A stretch of DNA of 64,000 bases from Rebecca billardiae RCC1528 (GCA_965240325.2 OZ251234.1:1054001-1118000); one strand, 5' to 3'; positions 34,036 through 46,234 are shown, counted from the first letter of the stretch. Notes: a model not told the origin generated them from the letters alone. Program-made: numbers and translations.

Positions 34036-36397
34036 TGGCCCGCGGTGCAGGGCGGAGCGCGCAGCGTGGAGCCCGCACCAGCGGGCCCGAACCACGTTTC
34101 AAAAAGATCTTTGATCAAGAAAAAAGGGACGGGGGGCGGCGGAAAAAAAGGGACGGGGGGCGATTTTTAGGGCTGGCGGAGACCGAGTTTCGAGTTTTTG
34201 AGATCGCATTGAGAGGTCTATCAGGCCAAAAAAAACCGCGCCCAGCTGATTCCCTTAAGTAAAGTGCGATCTGGACGTCAGCTGGACGTGACATTAGTGT
34301 AACGGTTCGTTACGAGCGAATCGTACTCGTCTTCCCGGATCGCGTGACGTCCGGACTGGGCCACATCCGGATCGTCGGAGGTGACGTGCCCCGGCACGAT
34401 GGGCGATGGCGGATATGCGGGACGGCGCCTGCACGTGCCTCCGGACCCGCCTCCCGCTTGCTGCTCACGCAGTCAGCTGCGACCGTGGCGCATGATCGCA
34501 GAAGCAGTGCCGGCAGTACGGCCTGCATCAGCTAGTGCCGCGCCGTCGTGGCGCGCGCGGTACGGTTGCGCGTTTGTTTGCAGCGCTCGCCGCTCTGACG
34601 GCGACGGCACGCGCGTGCGGCTCAGGTGTGTCAAATGCGGTCTCGTCGGCGCGCTTTCGCCTGCCACCTCGTGCACCCGTGCCGCCAGTTTCATCGGGAC
34701 GGCGCCTGCACGTGCCTCCGGACCCGCCTCCCGCTTGCTGCTCACGCAGTCAGCTGCGACCGTGGCGCATGATCGCAGACTAGCAGTGCCGGCAGTACGG
34801 CCTGCATCAGCTAGTGCCGCGCCGTCGTGGCGCGCGCGGTACGGTTGCGCGTTTGCAGCGCTCGCCGCTCGGCGACGGCACGCGCGTGCGGCTCAGGTGT
34901 GTCAAATGCGGTCTCGTCGGCGCGCTTTCGCCTGCCACCTCGTGCACCCGTGCCGCCAGTTTCATCGTCTTCATGAGGACTGCTGCTGCTGTCGCCATCC
35001 GCTCTCCATCACCCCGAGTCGCCGGTCGCGCGGCGCGCGCGGTAGGCACTAGGCAGGGCGTACGGTCACTCACCCGTGCAACGGGTCAAGTGGCCAGAGT
35101 ACGTCTGGTCGTTGGCTGGCACGGGCCGCAGCGCTAAAGCACCCTGCTGTCACACCCGACTCGGCCTTCAGTACTCCGAGCTCCGCGGCACGACTCACTC
35201 GGCACGATCGCGGACGGGTCGGATCCGAGCTGATCAGCCAGAGTTGGACACAGTTTGGCAGCTACTACAGTCCCCTCAACAATTGGTTACCCTTGTGTTT
35301 GGCTGTCTATACCAGCTCAGTCACTGTTTGAGGCCCACTGCTGCATGCTATCTGTTACTGCACCTATAGCCCTCACAGACCAGGTGGGTATGAGCTGGGC
35401 GGGTGTGTGGGCTGAGTCAGTCAGATAAATTGAATGCAGGTGCACAGCCGGCTGACGGGTGCTGCGCGGGGGTGCTGGACCACCACGAGGGCAGGCAGGG
35501 ATGGAAATTCACCCCCTGAGCAGGCTGTGGGCTGGCTGGCTGGGAGTGTAGCAGCTGTATAGTGGGCCCTGGCGCTGCAGCTGGATGGCCTTTGATACTG
35601 CCTAGCAGCCAGCCTAGCAGCACAGCCTGGCGTGAGCAGTGCGGTTTCAGTGCGCAGGCCACGTCTCTGCGGGTGGTGGTCGGGGAATGGCCACCACAGT
35701 GCACCAGATGCACCTAGCCTGCCAGCGGCCCACCTGCTGATTTAGGGTATGCCCTGTAGCACAGCACACGAGGCTCCGCCGAAAATCAGCGGCGCGCTGT
35801 GCTACAAGCTGGGCTGAAAGGGGTGTGGGAGCCAGTCGAGAGCCTGTCGGCCACTGTCACGTCCGAGCTGGCCGGCTTCACGTGCTGCCCAGAGGAGTCC
35901 TCCAATTGTCACTCACCCGGCTGAAGTCATGATGGGCGGGTGCAGCTCGACCGAATGGAGAGTGCTGGGGCCGCAGGTGCCCGTCATGCAAGCCTAGGCG
36001 GCCAGGAGAAGGTGTGATGTGCAGGTGTGCTCTCCATAGGGTAATTTATTGTTGAGAGGACTGTAGTAGTAATTCCGATGCCGATGGCACGATCGCGGAC
36101 GGGTCGGATCCGAGCTGATCAGCCAGTTGGACATTTGGCAGCTAGTTGTCAGGCGGACGTCCGATTTGACGACCGGTGCCGGGTGCGGTCTCAGGTCCGC
36201 TGCTGTGATTGTGTGAAGTGTGAATGAGTCTCGCGGTCGCGCAGGCAGGGCGACGGTCGGACTAATATAGCTTCAGTCATCTCAGAACCGACTTCAACTG
36301 GCGAGGTGCCACTACGGCGGAGAGCCGCGATTGCACGGCCACCGCGGGCCCCCAACTGCGTTGATTCTATGCAGAAAAGGACCGCGGAACGCGGTCA
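34036..36397 (+). mobile_element. Helentron/Helitron2-like element, copy E4 (= E1 plus ~278-bp internal tandem duplication plus nested MITE)
   Basis: Reverse complement of E1 throughout; duplication ~34419-34696 / 34697-34966; ATIR at 36340-36350; hairpin at 36380-36396. Confidence 0.78.
35268..36063. mobile_element. Tc1/mariner-type MITE (796 bp), TA target-site duplication
   Basis: 26-bp TIRs CAGTCCCCTCAACAATTGGTTACCCT / CAGTCCTCTCAACAATAAATTACCCT; TA at 35266-35267 and 36064-36065; empty site (single TA, 2282-2283) in E1. Confidence 0.92.
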
Positions 36398-39167
36398 TAT
36401 ATACTCTTCCAGCTGATACTATGATCGGCTACGCCGATCTTCGGGTAGTAAACAACGAAGTTGAGGGCGCACGGCCCTAGCTAGTTCCGCGCGTGGCTGC
36501 GTGCGCCAGCTGCGCGCACCCGCTGCGCGGTGCGCCCGCGTTGAGCCCGTGCGAGCGCCGCGCCTCGAGCCTCACACGCAGCGGGCGCGGCTCGACACCG
36601 AGCCGCATGGCAGTGTCGCTCGTGCGCCTCGGCCGGTGATCAGTCTCAGCTCTGAGGCGCGCGCTCAGGAGGGCTGCGGCCGGGCCGAGCGCGATCTGCG
36701 CAGACGGTACAGCCCCGAGCCCGTGGCGGCTCATGGCAGCCCGAGCCCAATTCCCGCAAAGCCCGGCGCCTCCGCCATCCGCGTCACAGTCGGGGCGCTC
36801 CAGGCTCCACGGCCTCTTACCGTTACGCGTGCTGCGCTGCAGCCGTGCTCGGCCGAACGACGCCCGCCGAGCCCGCCGAGCACGCGGCTGATGAGCAGTG
36901 GTAGCCAGGCGAAGCCGTCGTCGTGGGCGAAGCTGCGCTGGGTGATGCGGCTTGACGGCCCACAGGCGGCTCACCCGGCTCGTCAGCCGTCTGACGCGTA
37001 GCGCGTCGACAAATGGCTGCTGACGGCGTAAAATCGGCCTGAGCGGCGGATGAAACGGCTGAAAGGCGAGACCACGACGCCACCCAACTGGCGCACGCGC
37101 GTGCGGCCGGCGGTGCGGCGCAGCTCGGTCACTGCCACCGCTCCCGCGGGCTGCTCACGCCGAGCGCTGTGTTGGCAGCTGCAACGGCTGATCGTGCGCT
37201 CGCCGCTCCCAGACGAGATCGGTCGAGATCGTGGGAGCAGACGAGCGGACCATCGCGCAGCAAGATGCAGCGAGCACGCAGACACTCGCGCTGCCCTCTC
37301 CTCGTGCGCCTGCGCCAGCCACAGTCTCGAACACCAGCAGAACGGAGCTTGCACCGAAAAGGCTGCGCGACGTCAGGCGCGCACGCGCGTGGAGTTGGAC
37401 GCGGGTCGGCAGGGCGGGGCGCGCGGGGTGAGCGAGGCACGAATGCGATGCCGACGGCCGTTGGGACCCGCCGCAGCTGCGCGCACCTGCGCTGAGTCTG
37501 TCGGATTGAACGATCGTGCGGCAGCGGCCTGCGTGGGCGGTGGACACCCTCCGAGCTGCCTCGGTTCAGCACTCCAACTCCTTCCCGGTGCCACTGCCTG
37601 CCCGCGCGACCAGGGTACATATCATATCAAGGGAGATATTATGATACTGCAATCTCGCCTGCCTGAGCTGTGTGCGTCTCTTAAATATTCTTAGTAAAAT
37701 GTTAACCAAGTGTGCACGTTAATAATAGTAAACTGTACTTTACTTCGCGGGCCACCCGGCACCCAGTGCCCACTTGGGTATTTTGAGCGCCTTCCGGCTT
37801 TAAAAGATATTACCCGTGTATGAATCAAGGGTAATCAAGGGGCTTTTAAAAGGGGCTTAACGAGTTAACGGCCTTAACCTGATGATATCCGCCACTGAGA
37901 AGCGACGGTTCATGAATCATGACTTCAGATGCCGGCATAATAATTCTTTACTTCAAGCGACATATAAAATATGACTCAACCTCTCTTTTCTATGGTTGGC
38001 GAGCTGTTTCAGGCTCTTACAATTCAAGCATCTTACTATGACGGAATGTTCGAACACACGGCTGGTGCTATGTGCTATTCCACCCGGCATTCCCCTAAGT
38101 GTTACTATCGTTAAAATTAGCATCTACTACAAACGCAATCATTGGCAGCGAAATCCACTCATACGTACGGTAAGGCCACCCACAAAAATCGATCCCCAAA
38201 ATCCTGCGCGCATCCTCTTTTTGATTTTGCGGAGCACGTGCGCCGCCCCCCCCCCCCCGGCTTTCGCTCACGCTCAGACCTTTCGGGGGGGGGGGCGTGC
38301 GCCATGAGCCGCCGGGCGCGGTCTGCATGACTACGACGGTGTGACAACTGACAAGTGCTTCATCAACAATCAACATGCAGCCGTCTACACATAGTGATAG
38401 TCTTAGCAGACTCCGCAATCCCGTACAGCATGCGCGCATGACGATACTCGTCATCATCGTCATTCGAGCGGTCGGGTGGAATTCCCATTTTCTGGCGCAC
38501 TTCTGCACTGGGGAGGCGGAAAAGCGGTATTTAATACGCGAATAAAGCAGAACAGAACAAGGGAATAAAGCGCACGCAGTGCGAAGAAATTTTTCCGGAT
38601 TATGCGAAGCACCATTTGCTGCGAGGCGGCCTGCTTGCGCACGCGGCGTCCCGAGCACCCTCGGGGCTCAGCTGCGGCTCGGCCTGCGCACGCTCAGCAA
38701 GCTCGCGTGCGGCCTGCACCTTGCCCGCCGCCTCGACTCTCGAGCAAGAGGATCGACGCATGAGTGAGCGTGTGCCGCCGAGCTGCTGTCCGGCCCGGCC
38801 ACCCCGGCTACTGCAGCCGCCTCAGCCGCCGGTGCCTGGCCTCGCCCCTCGTACTACTCGAGCGTAGCGCTTATTATAATTGCACTGATGACTGAAGCAG
38901 GCCGTCGTGGTAGTCAGCCTCAGCCAGTCAGCCGCCACGCGGGGTCGGGGTCCGAGCCGCGAGCCGGGCGGCCAGCGGCTGCTCACTGTACGTGAGGCAC
39001 TCGGTGAGGCGACTCGGTCTGTCCGAAGCTACCGACAACTGGTAAACTACTGATGGCGAGTCCAAGATGGCCGTGCTGAGCAAGACATCGGACACACCAA
39101 CCAAATTACGCATGCATGTGGTGGCGCGCGTACACCGCTCGTAGCAACGAGCCCGCAATTCAAATTA

Positions 39168-39628
39168 TTAGCAGCCGCCCGTTTGTGGGAGGAGAGCGTC
39201 GATCTGGTCATCGTCCTCCATGCCGAGCAACTTTGGCGTGTCCCCATCGTTGATCCGTTGGCCGTCTATGAGGAAGCGCACGGAGTCGCGAGTCGTTCCC
39301 TATTTCCAGCACGCGACGCGCACGAGAGGTGTTATGCGCAGTCTAATGAGTCACTGCTTCTTCGCCGCATCGCAGGCCCCCAGCAGGGTGGATGAGGGCG
39401 CGGGACGAAAGCAATGGCAGGGTGCGATGATGTTGCGCTTACCAATTGCTCACAATACGCGTCCATAAGCTTCTTAAGGTCAGTTGCAGCCTTCACCCTG
39501 AAAGTAATCTCGTTGCCTCCATCCTGCCCCTTGACGCGCAGCTGAATGCTCTCTTCACCGTCCGCCTTCGCGCCGGGCTTCACGTCTGGTGGCGGTGCGC
39601 TCGTGTTCGTGCTGTCGTGGATCGCCAT
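39168..39628 (-). CDS. SUMO: Small ubiquitin-like modifier; intron 39300-39442
   Basis: [27 protein letters not shown] / [10 protein letters not shown]...[13 protein letters not shown]....QTGG-C. Confidence 0.95.
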
Positions 39629-39797
39629 GGCAGACGTGGGAGTGGCTTAAGTTGTGTTATCTGCGGAAGAGCGCGAGTGCACAGGGTAGCGCTTGCATCA
39701 GCGCCATGGCTGCAGCGGGCATCACGGGCTGCGCGGAGGTCGTGCGCGCGCACCCCCTTACCCGCGTCGCCGCCGTGACTGACAGTTGGCCGAGCAG

Positions 39798-40862
39798 ATG
39801 CTCTATGGGGGTACGTACGGTATCCAAGGGCGTATCCGCCCGATGCGGGCCGATGGGCGATGGCGAGGATGCTATGCGGCGTCGCCTGGGACACGACGAT
39901 GGATCCCGTTTTGGGCGGCCACCGCGCTCACTCTAGCGCTGGCCCCGCACCATGACTCGCGCGGCCGACGTGACTACCGGCTACTCTTCATCCACGTGGG
40001 AAAGGCAGGCGGGGGCACGGTGCGAAGCTTCATGCGCGAGCACCGTGTCGCGTACCTCGAGTCCCACGTCCATCGCACATCTGCGAGCGACATTCGTTCA
40101 GCTGCTGACGGTAAAGTGGTGGTGGTGTTGAGAGACGCGGTGGCTCTGTTCACGAGCGGATTCTATTGGATGCAGAAGCCCGATCTACAGCGCGCACGCC
40201 CTGAATACACACAGGTGACAGCCTGTTTTGATGACGTGGAGCCGTTTACACGTGCGCTCCTCAATTTGGGTTCTGATGATGCACATGGCCAGCCGAATGC
40301 GTCATGCAAAGCCCAGGCGCGGGATTTCATGGCGACCCCTCAACGGGCGCACATCAGCAGGCGCATCGCGTACTACTTTGACAGCAGCGCCGTCCGCGAG
40401 CTCTCACGCATGGATGTGTTCGTTGTGTGCACAGAGCGCATTGAGCGCGACCTGGCAGACATGGTCCGCTGGTTGAAAGGCTCGAAGCCCGGGGAGCTGA
40501 TGCAGCGGGTGGACCGCGCGTGGACGTTGCCCTCGATGCACCAAGCCCCGTACGACCACGCGCGCGCGACCTCGCTGCTTGAAGAGCGCACGGCGGCTGT
40601 GCTTGCCTCCAGCAGCCTGCTTGCCGCTGACTACCACGCGGCGGCCATTGTGCTCTGCATGAGCTCCAACTACGGTCCCACAGTCTCCGTGATGCCCGTG
40701 CAGCTGGGCCGACTCAAGGTGGTCAACTGCTCGGGATCGCCGCCCCGCGCTTCATACCTAATCGACGACCGAGTACCACCACCCGCCGGACTACATGATA
40801 TCGCAGCGCCTCAGCAGGCCCAGCGCAAGCCAGCTGTGCTGCCAAAGCCGCATACGGCATAG
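39798..40862 (+). CDS. Type II membrane sulfotransferase-family protein
   Basis: 5'-PSB-like FIHVGKAGGGTV; 3'-PB-like VVLRD....F.S.FYW; N-terminal TM. Confidence 0.75.
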   Translation: MLYGGTYGIQGRIRPMRADGRWRGCYAASPGTRRWIPFWAATALTLALAPHHDSRGRRDYRLLFIHVGKAGGGTVRSFMREHRVAYLESHVHRTSASDIRSAADGKVVVVLRDAVALFTSGFYWMQKPDLQRARPEYTQVTACFDDVEPFTRALLNLGSDDAHGQPNASCKAQARDFMATPQRAHISRRIAYYFDSSAVRELSRMDVFVVCTERIERDLADMVRWLKGSKPGELMQRVDRAWTLPSMHQAPYDHARATSLLEERTAAVLASSSLLAADYHAAAIVLCMSSNYGPTVSVMPVQLGRLKVVNCSGSPPRASYLIDDRVPPPAGLHDIAAPQQAQRKPAVLPKPHTA

Positions 40863-41335
40863 GCTGAGGCAGCGACGTGTCTGCACAGGCGAAGGTGCGG
40901 TGTCCGCGCGCCTGGGCCTGGCCTTGGATCCTGGCTTCCTGTGGCCAGCGATCCGGCTGGTGCGAAGCAGCATGGAGGACGTCTGGCGGCCTCCGTGGCA
41001 GTCCGGGCTCCGGCTGCGGATTTATTGGATTGGCGGGATTAGTCAGACTCAGCTGCCACGAGCCTGCCCAACACGCTGGTTGACCCGATGGTTGGCAGTC
41101 ATCAACTCATCATACAGCCCGCGCGGCCGCAGTTTAATCGCAAACAGCGCAGTATTTAAGCAGTTCATGATTCAGATTAAGCAATAATCATGACTGCCTC
41201 CGACATACATGACTGAGCGCCAGTGTGAGACGGTCCCCCGGTCCCGATCCCGGACCGGACCGGCGGCGGGCGGCGCGCCGCTGGGCGCTGAGATGACTGA
41301 CACTGATCATCATCACTCATAAGCCATATATATCA

Positions 41336-44300
41336 TCACGGGGTGTACTGGAAGAAGGAGAAGACGGTGTTGTATGCAAGCAGCTGTTGGGCGGCAGGAA
41401 GCACGGGAGCGGCAAGGCCGCGCGCGGGGGGAGCGAGGGTCAGCTGCGCGTGCGCGAGGCTGCGCGCTGGATTGCTCGCGGCGGCGCGCGCACGGCGCGC
41501 GGGCGCGCACGGCGCGGCGCGCGCGCGCGCTCGTCCGTCCCACCTTGAGCATGCGCTCGTAGAGGGTGGAGGTCTCTTCGCGGAACTCGATGAGCGGATC
41601 GAGGCCGGCGACGGAGCGCAGCCCGACCATATCCTGCACCGAGCGCATGTCCGCGATGTGCTGCTTCCACAGCGTGTCCAGCTGGACGAGCAGCAGGTAG
41701 CGCGCGGTCGCGGCTGCGAGCGAGTCGCGTGCGCCGTCCAGCGCCGCCGCCTTGCGCTCGAGCGCGGCACGCGCGGCGGATTGCGCCTTGGACGCGTCGA
41801 GCTCGGCGCCGGCGGCGAGCTCGGCGTCGCCCAGCTCGAGCGCCGCGCCGAAGAACTGGCGCAGCTTGCCCACGGCCGAGGCCGACGCCTCCGCCGCGGC
41901 CGCCGCCGCGCCGCCGCCCTTCAACGTCGCGGACGCCTCCGACAAAATGCCATTGGCCGTCGTCTCGCACTGCTCGGCGAGCACGCCGAGTAGCTCATCG
42001 TCGGGCGCGCCGAGGATCTTGCGCCGCAGCGCGTACACGGTGAGCCGCTGCTGCGCCGCCACCACGTCGTACTGGTACAGCTGCCGCCGGATGTACCGGT
42101 AGTACGCCTCGACCTTCTGCTGGACGGTCGCGAGCGTCTCGGTGACCTGCTTCGACTCGACCGGCGTGTCCTCTGAGAGCCGCAGCGCCGAGAAGATCGA
42201 CTTGACCTTGTCGCCGCCGAAGACGCGGAAGATCTCGTCGTCGAGCGAGAGGATGAAGCGCGACGAGCCCGGGTCGCCCTGCCGCCCCGCGCGGCCGCGC
42301 AGCTGCGCGTCGATCCGACGCGACTCGTGCCGCTGCGTGCCCACGACGTGAAGGCCTCCCAGGGAGATCACAGTCTCGCGCTCCTCCGCGAGCGCGTCGG
42401 CAAAGGTGGCCTTGACCGCGCGGTACGCGGCGCGGAGGGCCGCCTCGAGCGGCATGCTCGCGGCATCGACCTCCACGTCGCTCGACGCGCGCGACAGCGC
42501 CAGCTCGAACTCGGTGCGCGTCATCGGCTCTCCGCGCGCGCCGAGCGCGTCGCGCGCCGCGGCCGCGAGGGACTCCGCCTCTGCCGGCACGTCGGCGGGC
42601 AGCTCGAGCGCGGGCGCGGCGGCGGCGGCGGGCGCGCCGTCGGGCGCATCGAGCGCGTCCGCGAGCGCGTTGGTCAGCCACATCCGCGCGAGCATCGCCG
42701 GGTTCCCCCCGAGCAGGATGTCCGTCCCGCGCCCCGCCATGTTGGTCGAGATGGTGACGGCGCCGGCGCGGCCCGCCTGCGCAATCACGAGCGACTCGCG
42801 CGCCGCAATGTCCGCGCGCGCGTTGAGCACCTCGTGCTCGATGCCCTCGGCCTTGAGCGCGTCGGAGAGCTCCTCCGAGTCCGCGATCGACGCGGTGCCC
42901 ACCAGCACCGGCCGCCCCGCCTCGTGCATCCGCTTCACCTCGTCGACGAACGCTTTGCGCTTGCCCTCCTTGTTGACGAAAACGACGTCCGGGTAATCAC
43001 GGCGCGCGACCGGCGCCGCGGTGGGCACGCTCACGACCGTCGTGCCGTAGACCGAGTCGAACTCGGCGAACTCCTGGGTCGCCGTGCCCGACATGCCGGC
43101 GAGCGTCGCGTACTGCGTGAACAGCGACTGGTACGTCACCGTGGCGATCACCTGCTCGCGCGCGCGCCGCCGTGAGGGCGGGATGGCGGGATGGCGGGGT
43201 GGCGGGGCGCGCGTCAGAGTGGCCGCGACTCGACCGTGTGCGTCGCACCCGGCGGCGCCGCCGCCGGGCCGCTCGCGCGCGGCGGCGGGCCAAGCGCCGG
43301 GCGTGGCGTCGATCGGTGTGGCTGGCGCGCTCGCTCGCGCGCGCGCGCGCGCACCTGCGACACGTTGGACAGCGACACGCCCTCCGACGCCTCCACCGCC
43401 TGCTGCAGCCCGTCACCCCAGCGCCGCCCCGCAAGCACGCGCCCCGTGAACTCGTCGACAATGGCCACCGCGTCCTGCTCGACAATGTACTGCTCGTCGC
43501 GCTTGTACAGCTCCTGCGCGCGCGAGGGGCGGGGCGGCGGGCAGTGCGCGTGAGCTGATGTGCGCTCGCCGCGTGCCGCCGCGGCGGCTTGAGCGCGCGT
43601 GGCGCGCACGAGTGCGTCGCGCGAGCCCGGCTGCGGGGCCGGAGCAGCGCGGCAGCAACTCTTTAACTCTCTCGCGCGAGCGCGCGCGCGGGGCGGCGCG
43701 AGCGGCGCGAGCGACGTGCCTTGGCCTTGAGCGCGTTGACGATGTACGGCGCCCACGGCGTCTTCGGGTCGAAGATGTTCTCCACGCCGAGCAGCTTGTT
43801 CGCCACGGCGATCCCGTCCGTCGTCAGCTCGACCAGCTTCTCCTTCTCTGAGACTTTGTAGTGCGTGGTGCGCTGCAGCGCGCTTGCAACCTTGGCAGCC
43901 GTGGTCGTCTTGCCCGTGTCCGCGGCGGTGGAGTCGGCGATGATGAGCGGCGTGCGCGCCTCGTCGATGAGGATCGAGTCGGCCTCGTCGACGATGCAGA
44001 AGTGCAGCCCGCGCAGCACCACGCCCTCCTTGTCCGTCGCCAGGTTGTCGCGCAGATAATCAAATCCGAGCTCCGAATTCGTCACGTATGTCACATCCGA
44101 GTTGTACGCGTCGCGCTTCTCCTCGGCGGGCGCGGAGACGCCGACGATGCCGACGGAGAGGCCGAGCAGCGTGTACACGTTGCCCATCAGCTCCGCGTCG
44201 CGCCGCGCGAGGTACTCCGAGCACGTCACCACGTGCGCCCCCTTCCCCTCCAGAGCGTAGAGGTACGCGGCAAGAACGCCCACCAGCGTCTTGCCCTCGC

Positions 44301-44829
44301 CGGTGGCCATCTCGGCGAGCTTGCCCGCGGCGAGGGCCATGCCGCCGACGAGCTGCACGTCGTAGTGGCGGAGCCCAAGCGCGCGCCACGACGCCTCGCG
44401 CACCACCGCGAACGCCTCCTCGAGGATCGAGTCGAGCGTGGCGCCGCCCGCGAGCCGCTCGCGAAACTCTGCCGTCTTCGCGCGCAGCGCCGCGTCGTCG
44501 AGCGCCTCGATCTCGGGCTCGAGCGCGTTGATGCGCTCGACGCGGGCGAGGTACTCGCTGACGAGCTTGTCGTTCGCCTCCTTCGAGAACTCAGCCTCGC
44601 CCCTCGAATCCGCCGGGTCGTTGAGCACCTTGCTCATTGTGTCGAGCAGGCCCATGCGCGCGAACGCGCGTCGCGAGTCAGCGACGGGCGCCAGCGCGAC
44701 CGGCGTGGGCCGCGCGGTCACCACCGACGCCGTCGTCGTCAGCCGCGACGCAGCCGGCGTGCGAACATGCCGCGTCGGTGGCGCGAAGGCCAGCAGCGCC
44801 GTGGCGCACGCGAAGACCGCGATCGTCAT
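41336..44829 (-). CDS. secA: Nuclear-encoded plastid preprotein translocase SecA; introns 43514-43719 (GC-AG), 43152-43354, 41384-41543
   Basis: [77 protein letters not shown]; signal peptide plus AFAP leader. Confidence 0.95.
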
Positions 44830-45077
44830 CAGGACGGCAATGACAGCGGTGCTCTGGAAGGTTCGCCGATGCTCCTGTGGCGGAAATGAATCCGGGCGCA
44901 GAGACTCCGGCCGGCAACTGGCCCTTGGTCTTGAATAATAATAGTTGATCAGTGGCGCACTGTCAAATGTGACCAATTCCTTTGATGATGTGATGACATT
45001 GACGATGATTGTTGATCATCACTCGTGATGATGAACACTCAGGCGAATGCGGGCCGTCACCTTGCCTAATACTATGA

Positions 45078-46016
45078 TCACCGCCGCTCGTCGCGCACCT
45101 CAAAGGTACACACTGACGAGGCCGCGTCCGCGCATTCGTAAGGCGCAAAGCGCGTGGGATCCGTGGCCGCGACGTCCGCCGCGACGCACGCGCAGCGCGG
45201 CGCCACCCCAACCTCGCGCAGCTCGCGCGGCACGAGGGGCGCTGACTTTGCAGAGCCTGACAGGCCGTCGCACCACACGGAGCGCATGCCGCGCTCGGCT
45301 CTGGAATGGCAATGCGGCGGCGGCGGCTCGGTCGGCACCGACTGCCGCCCCTTCGCCGCCTCCGCCCTTCGGTGCGCCGCGCCGCGCTCCCGCGCCGCCT
45401 CGAGCGCGGCCGTGGGCCGTCCGTCCGCGCCGTAGAACGCGCCGCCCGCCAGAACGCCCTCACGCGTGTACGTGTCGTGCTGCTCGTAAAAGTCGTGCCA
45501 GTGGAGCACGCCGGCGAACTGCGCGTCCTCGGTGAAGGTGGACAGGTCGTCCGTCAAGTCGGCGCTCTCGGTCGACGTGAAATCCCCGGTCACGAAGGCG
45601 CGCGAGCCGTCGCGGCCGGTGAAGTGTTCGTACGCGCCACCGGGCGCGTAGTACTGCTTGCCGGTCGAGACGTCGTACACGGAGCCGAGGATGGCCAGAA
45701 GGAGGCGCGGGCTGCGGCCAGAGAATGGGGCGAGCTGCTCGTGTGTGAAGAGCTCGTGGCGTGGCTCGCGCTTCGGCGGCGGCGCTGGTGACGAGTGTGA
45801 CGGCGCGCCCGGCAAGCGATCCGGCAGATCCGTGAAGCGGCGATGCACGAGCGCTAGCACGAGCGCCGTGGCCGCGGAGAGGGCGAGACGGCGCGTGCCC
45901 GCGTTGAGCATGCGCGCGAGCATGATCGCCGCAGTGAGGCACAGCGCGCCCAGCGCGGCCAGCGCCACCACGAGCTGCTGCTCGGCCGCGGCGAGGCCGA
46001 CCTGGGGCTCGGCCAT
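45078..46016 (-). CDS. CYB5D2: Neuferricin-like (MAPR) cytochrome b5-like heme/steroid-binding protein
   Basis: LLLAILGSVYDVSTGKQYY.PGG.Y..F.GRDGSRAFVTGDF; C-terminal C...WC...PR...RCACV...Y.C. Confidence 0.88.
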   Translation of the reverse strand: MAEPQVGLAAAEQQLVVALAALGALCLTAAIMLARMLNAGTRRLALSAATALVLALVHRRFTDLPDRLPGAPSHSSPAPPPKREPRHELFTHEQLAPFSGRSPRLLLAILGSVYDVSTGKQYYAPGGAYEHFTGRDGSRAFVTGDFTSTESADLTDDLSTFTEDAQFAGVLHWHDFYEQHDTYTREGVLAGGAFYGADGRPTAALEAARERGAAHRRAEAAKGRQSVPTEPPPPHCHSRAERGMRSVWCDGLSGSAKSAPLVPRELREVGVAPRCACVAADVAATDPTRFAPYECADAASSVCTFEVRDERR

Positions 46017-46234
46017 CGTTCACTTGGTTCACTTGTTCGTACAATGATGACAAGGCGACAAGCAAAAGAGCGCTCGCATTTGTTACAAGAGTGAGCTTAC
46101 CCTCATACTACTATTGTGATGATTCGTCCAAAGGGATTCGTCACAGTGACTCCAGCTTCAGTTCTCCAGACCTCCCGCCGAGAGATAGTCAGCCGCCGCT
46201 CGGTTTTAGCCGCCTACCCCTCCCCGCTGTGACA

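Noticed and set aside
1950-36397. E1 and E4 as giant TIRs of a single 34-kb element (Polinton/virus-like)
   Set aside because: No TSD at the outer flanks. The interior holds ordinary intron-bearing housekeeping genes, no integrase, polB or capsid is visible, and the same termini recur internally as dispersed copies.
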